From a virus (lineage: Duplodnaviria > Caudoviricetes), in the IMG/VR virus record IMGVR_UViG_3300009506_000101, positions 1 through 56,965 of that record: DNA of 56,965 nucleotides; one strand, written 5' to 3'. A program made the translations under genes and the position numbers. Positions 55,083-56,965 of this stretch are shown here, in pieces. The notes below the pieces were generated by a model. It was not told the origin of the DNA and searched no databases. It saw only the letters and a program-made list of their open reading frames with translations. The first letter of the stretch is position 1. Every line of letters starts with the position of its first letter.

Positions 55083-55597
55083 CTCGCCGAGCTCCTGCGG
55101 GCGAGCGCGTCGGTCCAGCGCCAGGTCCCGGTCCCGACCATGCCAAAACCCAGTATCGAGATCTGAATGTCTTTCGGATAGGGGCTGGATTCGCCATCGA
55201 ACGTGAGGCGCGGCCGGAGCCCGAGCGTGAGGGCGTGCGGGTACACGATGTCCTGGCGGTTGCCGCAAGTGAATGGCGTCAGCAGGATGATGCGGAGGCC
55301 CTTCTCCGCCTGCTCGACGCACTTCCGGGCCCACGGCGCGATGTTGGAGAACGGCGGGTTCAGGTACGCGATGCGCCCCGTCGGCACCAGCGGAAACCAG
55401 TCGACCGCGAAGGCATCCTCGAACTTCGCGCCCCACGGCGACCCGGGACCGAGCCAGCGCTCGCAGACGTGCGGGCTGTCCGCCGCGAGGTCGAGCGCGA
55501 TCGGCCCGAACGTCGCCTGGACGGCAGCGAGGAAATCCCTCGGAGTGCGGTAGGTTTGCTTGGATGTTCCGCGCGGCTTCTGGATCGGCTCCGTCAT
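55079..55597 (-). CDS. phage DNA N6-adenine methyltransferase (Dam-like)
   Basis: YRTPRDF, LDLAA, LNPPFS.I.PW..K, RLTF. Confidence 0.88.
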   Translation of the reverse strand: MTEPIQKPRGTSKQTYRTPRDFLAAVQATFGPIALDLAADSPHVCERWLGPGSPWGAKFEDAFAVDWFPLVPTGRIAYLNPPFSNIAPWARKCVEQAEKGLRIILLTPFTCGNRQDIVYPHALTLGLRPRLTFDGESSPYPKDIQISILGFGMVGTGTWRWTDALARRSSAR

Positions 55598-55815
55598 GAC
55601 AGCTCAGCCTCCCCGTGCTGCGTCAGCACGAGCTCATCGCCCAGCAGGTCCGCAAGCCCTTCACGCCGGAGCTGCCGCACGCCCCGCAGGACCGACTGCC
55701 TCGCGTAGCCCTTCGCGCCCAGGAAGTCCCCGAGCTCCTGGACTGTCGGACCGAACCCCAGGATCGAGCGCCTAGCCTGCGTCGCCACCAAGATCGCCAA
55801 TCTCGTCGTCAGCAT
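55594..55815 (-). CDS. LexA-like winged-helix protein
   Basis: GFGPTVQELGDFLG..SV...VRQLRREGL..LT.HG. Confidence 0.65.
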   Translation of the reverse strand: MLTTRLAILVATQARRSILGFGPTVQELGDFLGAKGYARQSVLRGVRQLRREGLADLLGDELVLTQHGEAELS

Positions 55816-56257
55816 TGAACAGCCCCTCTCGTTGTTGGGCGGTGAGCCACCAGCACACGGGTTCGTCGCCCGTCGGGTAGAGCCTGGACGCGCCCGCGAC
55901 CCAGAGCGCGATGAGCCGCTCGAGGTCTGCCGGATCTTCGCCTTGCCAGTAGGGCAGCATCCAGCGGATGCACCGAAGCCCGTGACCCGCGTGGCGGCTG
56001 GGCTTCTGCTCAGGAAGCAGTAGGAGCAGTAGTGACAACCGACTGACCACATGGCCTTTATCGCATCGAAGTTCTCGTGCGGTTCCGCTCCGCAAACTGT
56101 GCAACTTTTGTGACTGCACCCGCCACCCCACATCCTCTGCCGCAGCTCCCGCAGCTTCTCCGGCCGTCTACAGTCAGCGCAGAGGTAGCCGAGAGGCGGC
56201 ACGTACTCGACAGGCTCGTCGCGGTCGCAGGCATCACAGCCGCGGGTCCAGACGTCG

Positions 56258-56896
56258 TCACCCACGGTCGGCCTCCTCGGGGAACAGGCGGGAGCCTTCA
56301 CCCTGCCCCCACTCGCGGTCGGCCTCAGTAACAAGCATCTCCCGAACCGTGCTCTCCCAATTGATGCGCAGCTCTGGATGCACGCGCTGGACGATCAGCT
56401 CCCGCCTCGCCTCGTCCCTCTCCGCCTCCGCCACGTCCTTGTCCTGCAGCGTGGCCGTGAGCCGCTCCTGGAGCTGTCCCACATCTGACGCCTCGAGCAG
56501 GTGGATGCGAAGCTTTTCCATGACGCGGGTGAGCGTCACGTCCTGCCCTCGGGTGAGCCCACGCTCTGCCAGCAGCTCGGCCTCGGCCTTGTCGGCGCGG
56601 GACTTTTCCTCGTTCCAGTCCTCGAGTAGCTCACGGTGCTCCTGCCCATCGCGCCACTTTGCAAGCTCCCTGGACATTTCGTCTACACGCGACTCGTACA
56701 TGTACTCTGTCCTGGTAGCGCGCTCGGTAGCTCTAGCTGCATCCGCCTCGGCCTTGTCGGCGCGGGCGCGCTCGGCCTCCGTCTGCGCTATCTGGATGTC
56801 GCAGTTGTTTTTGAAGCACAACGCTCTCCGCTCCAGCTCCTCGATCCGATTCTGCAAGGCGTCGGCACGGGCGCGCTCGGTATCCTGCAGCCTCAC
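56258..56896 (-). CDS. coiled-coil protein (5' end probably outside window)
   Basis: Repeated ERARAD/RADKAEA heptads. Confidence 0.65.
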   Translation of the reverse strand: MRLQDTERARADALQNRIEELERRALCFKNNCDIQIAQTEAERARADKAEADAARATERATRTEYMYESRVDEMSRELAKWRDGQEHRELLEDWNEEKSRADKAEAELLAERGLTRGQDVTLTRVMEKLRIHLLEASDVGQLQERLTATLQDKDVAEAERDEARRELIVQRVHPELRINWESTVREMLVTEADREWGQGEGSRLFPEEADRG

Positions 56897-56965
56897 CGAC
56901 TCCGCATTTGTAGCTCGCCACGCTTCGATTGCTACCTGTAGCGTCTCGATCCGCCGGTCCTTGGC

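Larger units (their letters stand above)
1..56965. mobile_element. Myovirus-type phage/prophage (Mu-like head-tail module); extends beyond both window ends
   Basis: Ordered terminase-portal-protease-capsid-neck-sheath-tube-TMP-baseplate-fibre-lysis genes plus replication genes; no host housekeeping genes. Confidence 0.97.

Noticed and set aside
56580-56766. Direct repeat cctcggccttgtcggcgcggg as an att site
   Set aside because: Both copies are in frame within a coiled-coil gene and encode the repeated RADKAEA motif
1-56965. Integrase, att sites or Mu-type transposase
   Set aside because: No such ORF is recognisable; lifestyle cannot be determined from this window

Overview
The whole window is a GC-rich, contractile-tailed (Mu-like morphogenesis) phage or prophage, probably of a myxobacterial host (inferred from GC content and Gly/Thr-linker lipoproteins). 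No integrase, canonical repressor or host genes are visible. Most genes are on the - strand. Reading from the right end: early/accessory genes (three LexA-like wHTH proteins, Dam-like MTase, MmcB-like nuclease, ASCH), replication (HNH, O-like initiator with internal ori, Prim-Pol, DnaB-like helicase, RusA-like), small Zn-finger genes, ParB-MTase, TerS/TerL, two virion genes, portal, protease, cement, MCP, neck, sheath, tube, two paralogous tail chaperones, tape measure, baseplate, fibres, glycosyltransferase, a BNR/depolymerase module, a lysis region with a papain-like peptidase and GH25 endolysin, a tRNA-Met-like gene and a terminator. A short + strand arm (Mom-like, GIY-YIG, Dcm-like) converges from the left. 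Highlights: (1) a needle-type fibre with 25 HxH metal motifs on its outgoing strand, about 25 Thr/Gly octads on its returning strand, and two separate exact duplications that fall in register across the hairpin; (2) a covarying promoter-hairpin leader shared by unrelated nuclease genes; (3) a tRNA whose 7-nt anticodon loop is tandemly duplicated; (4) a -1 frameshift site in the tail chaperone with both frames open for about 60 codons; (5) intergenic pseudoknot-like elements. Several conserved genes are broken by small indels, which points to sequencing error, so micro-features need read-level confirmation. All family calls come from motif recognition, not database searches.
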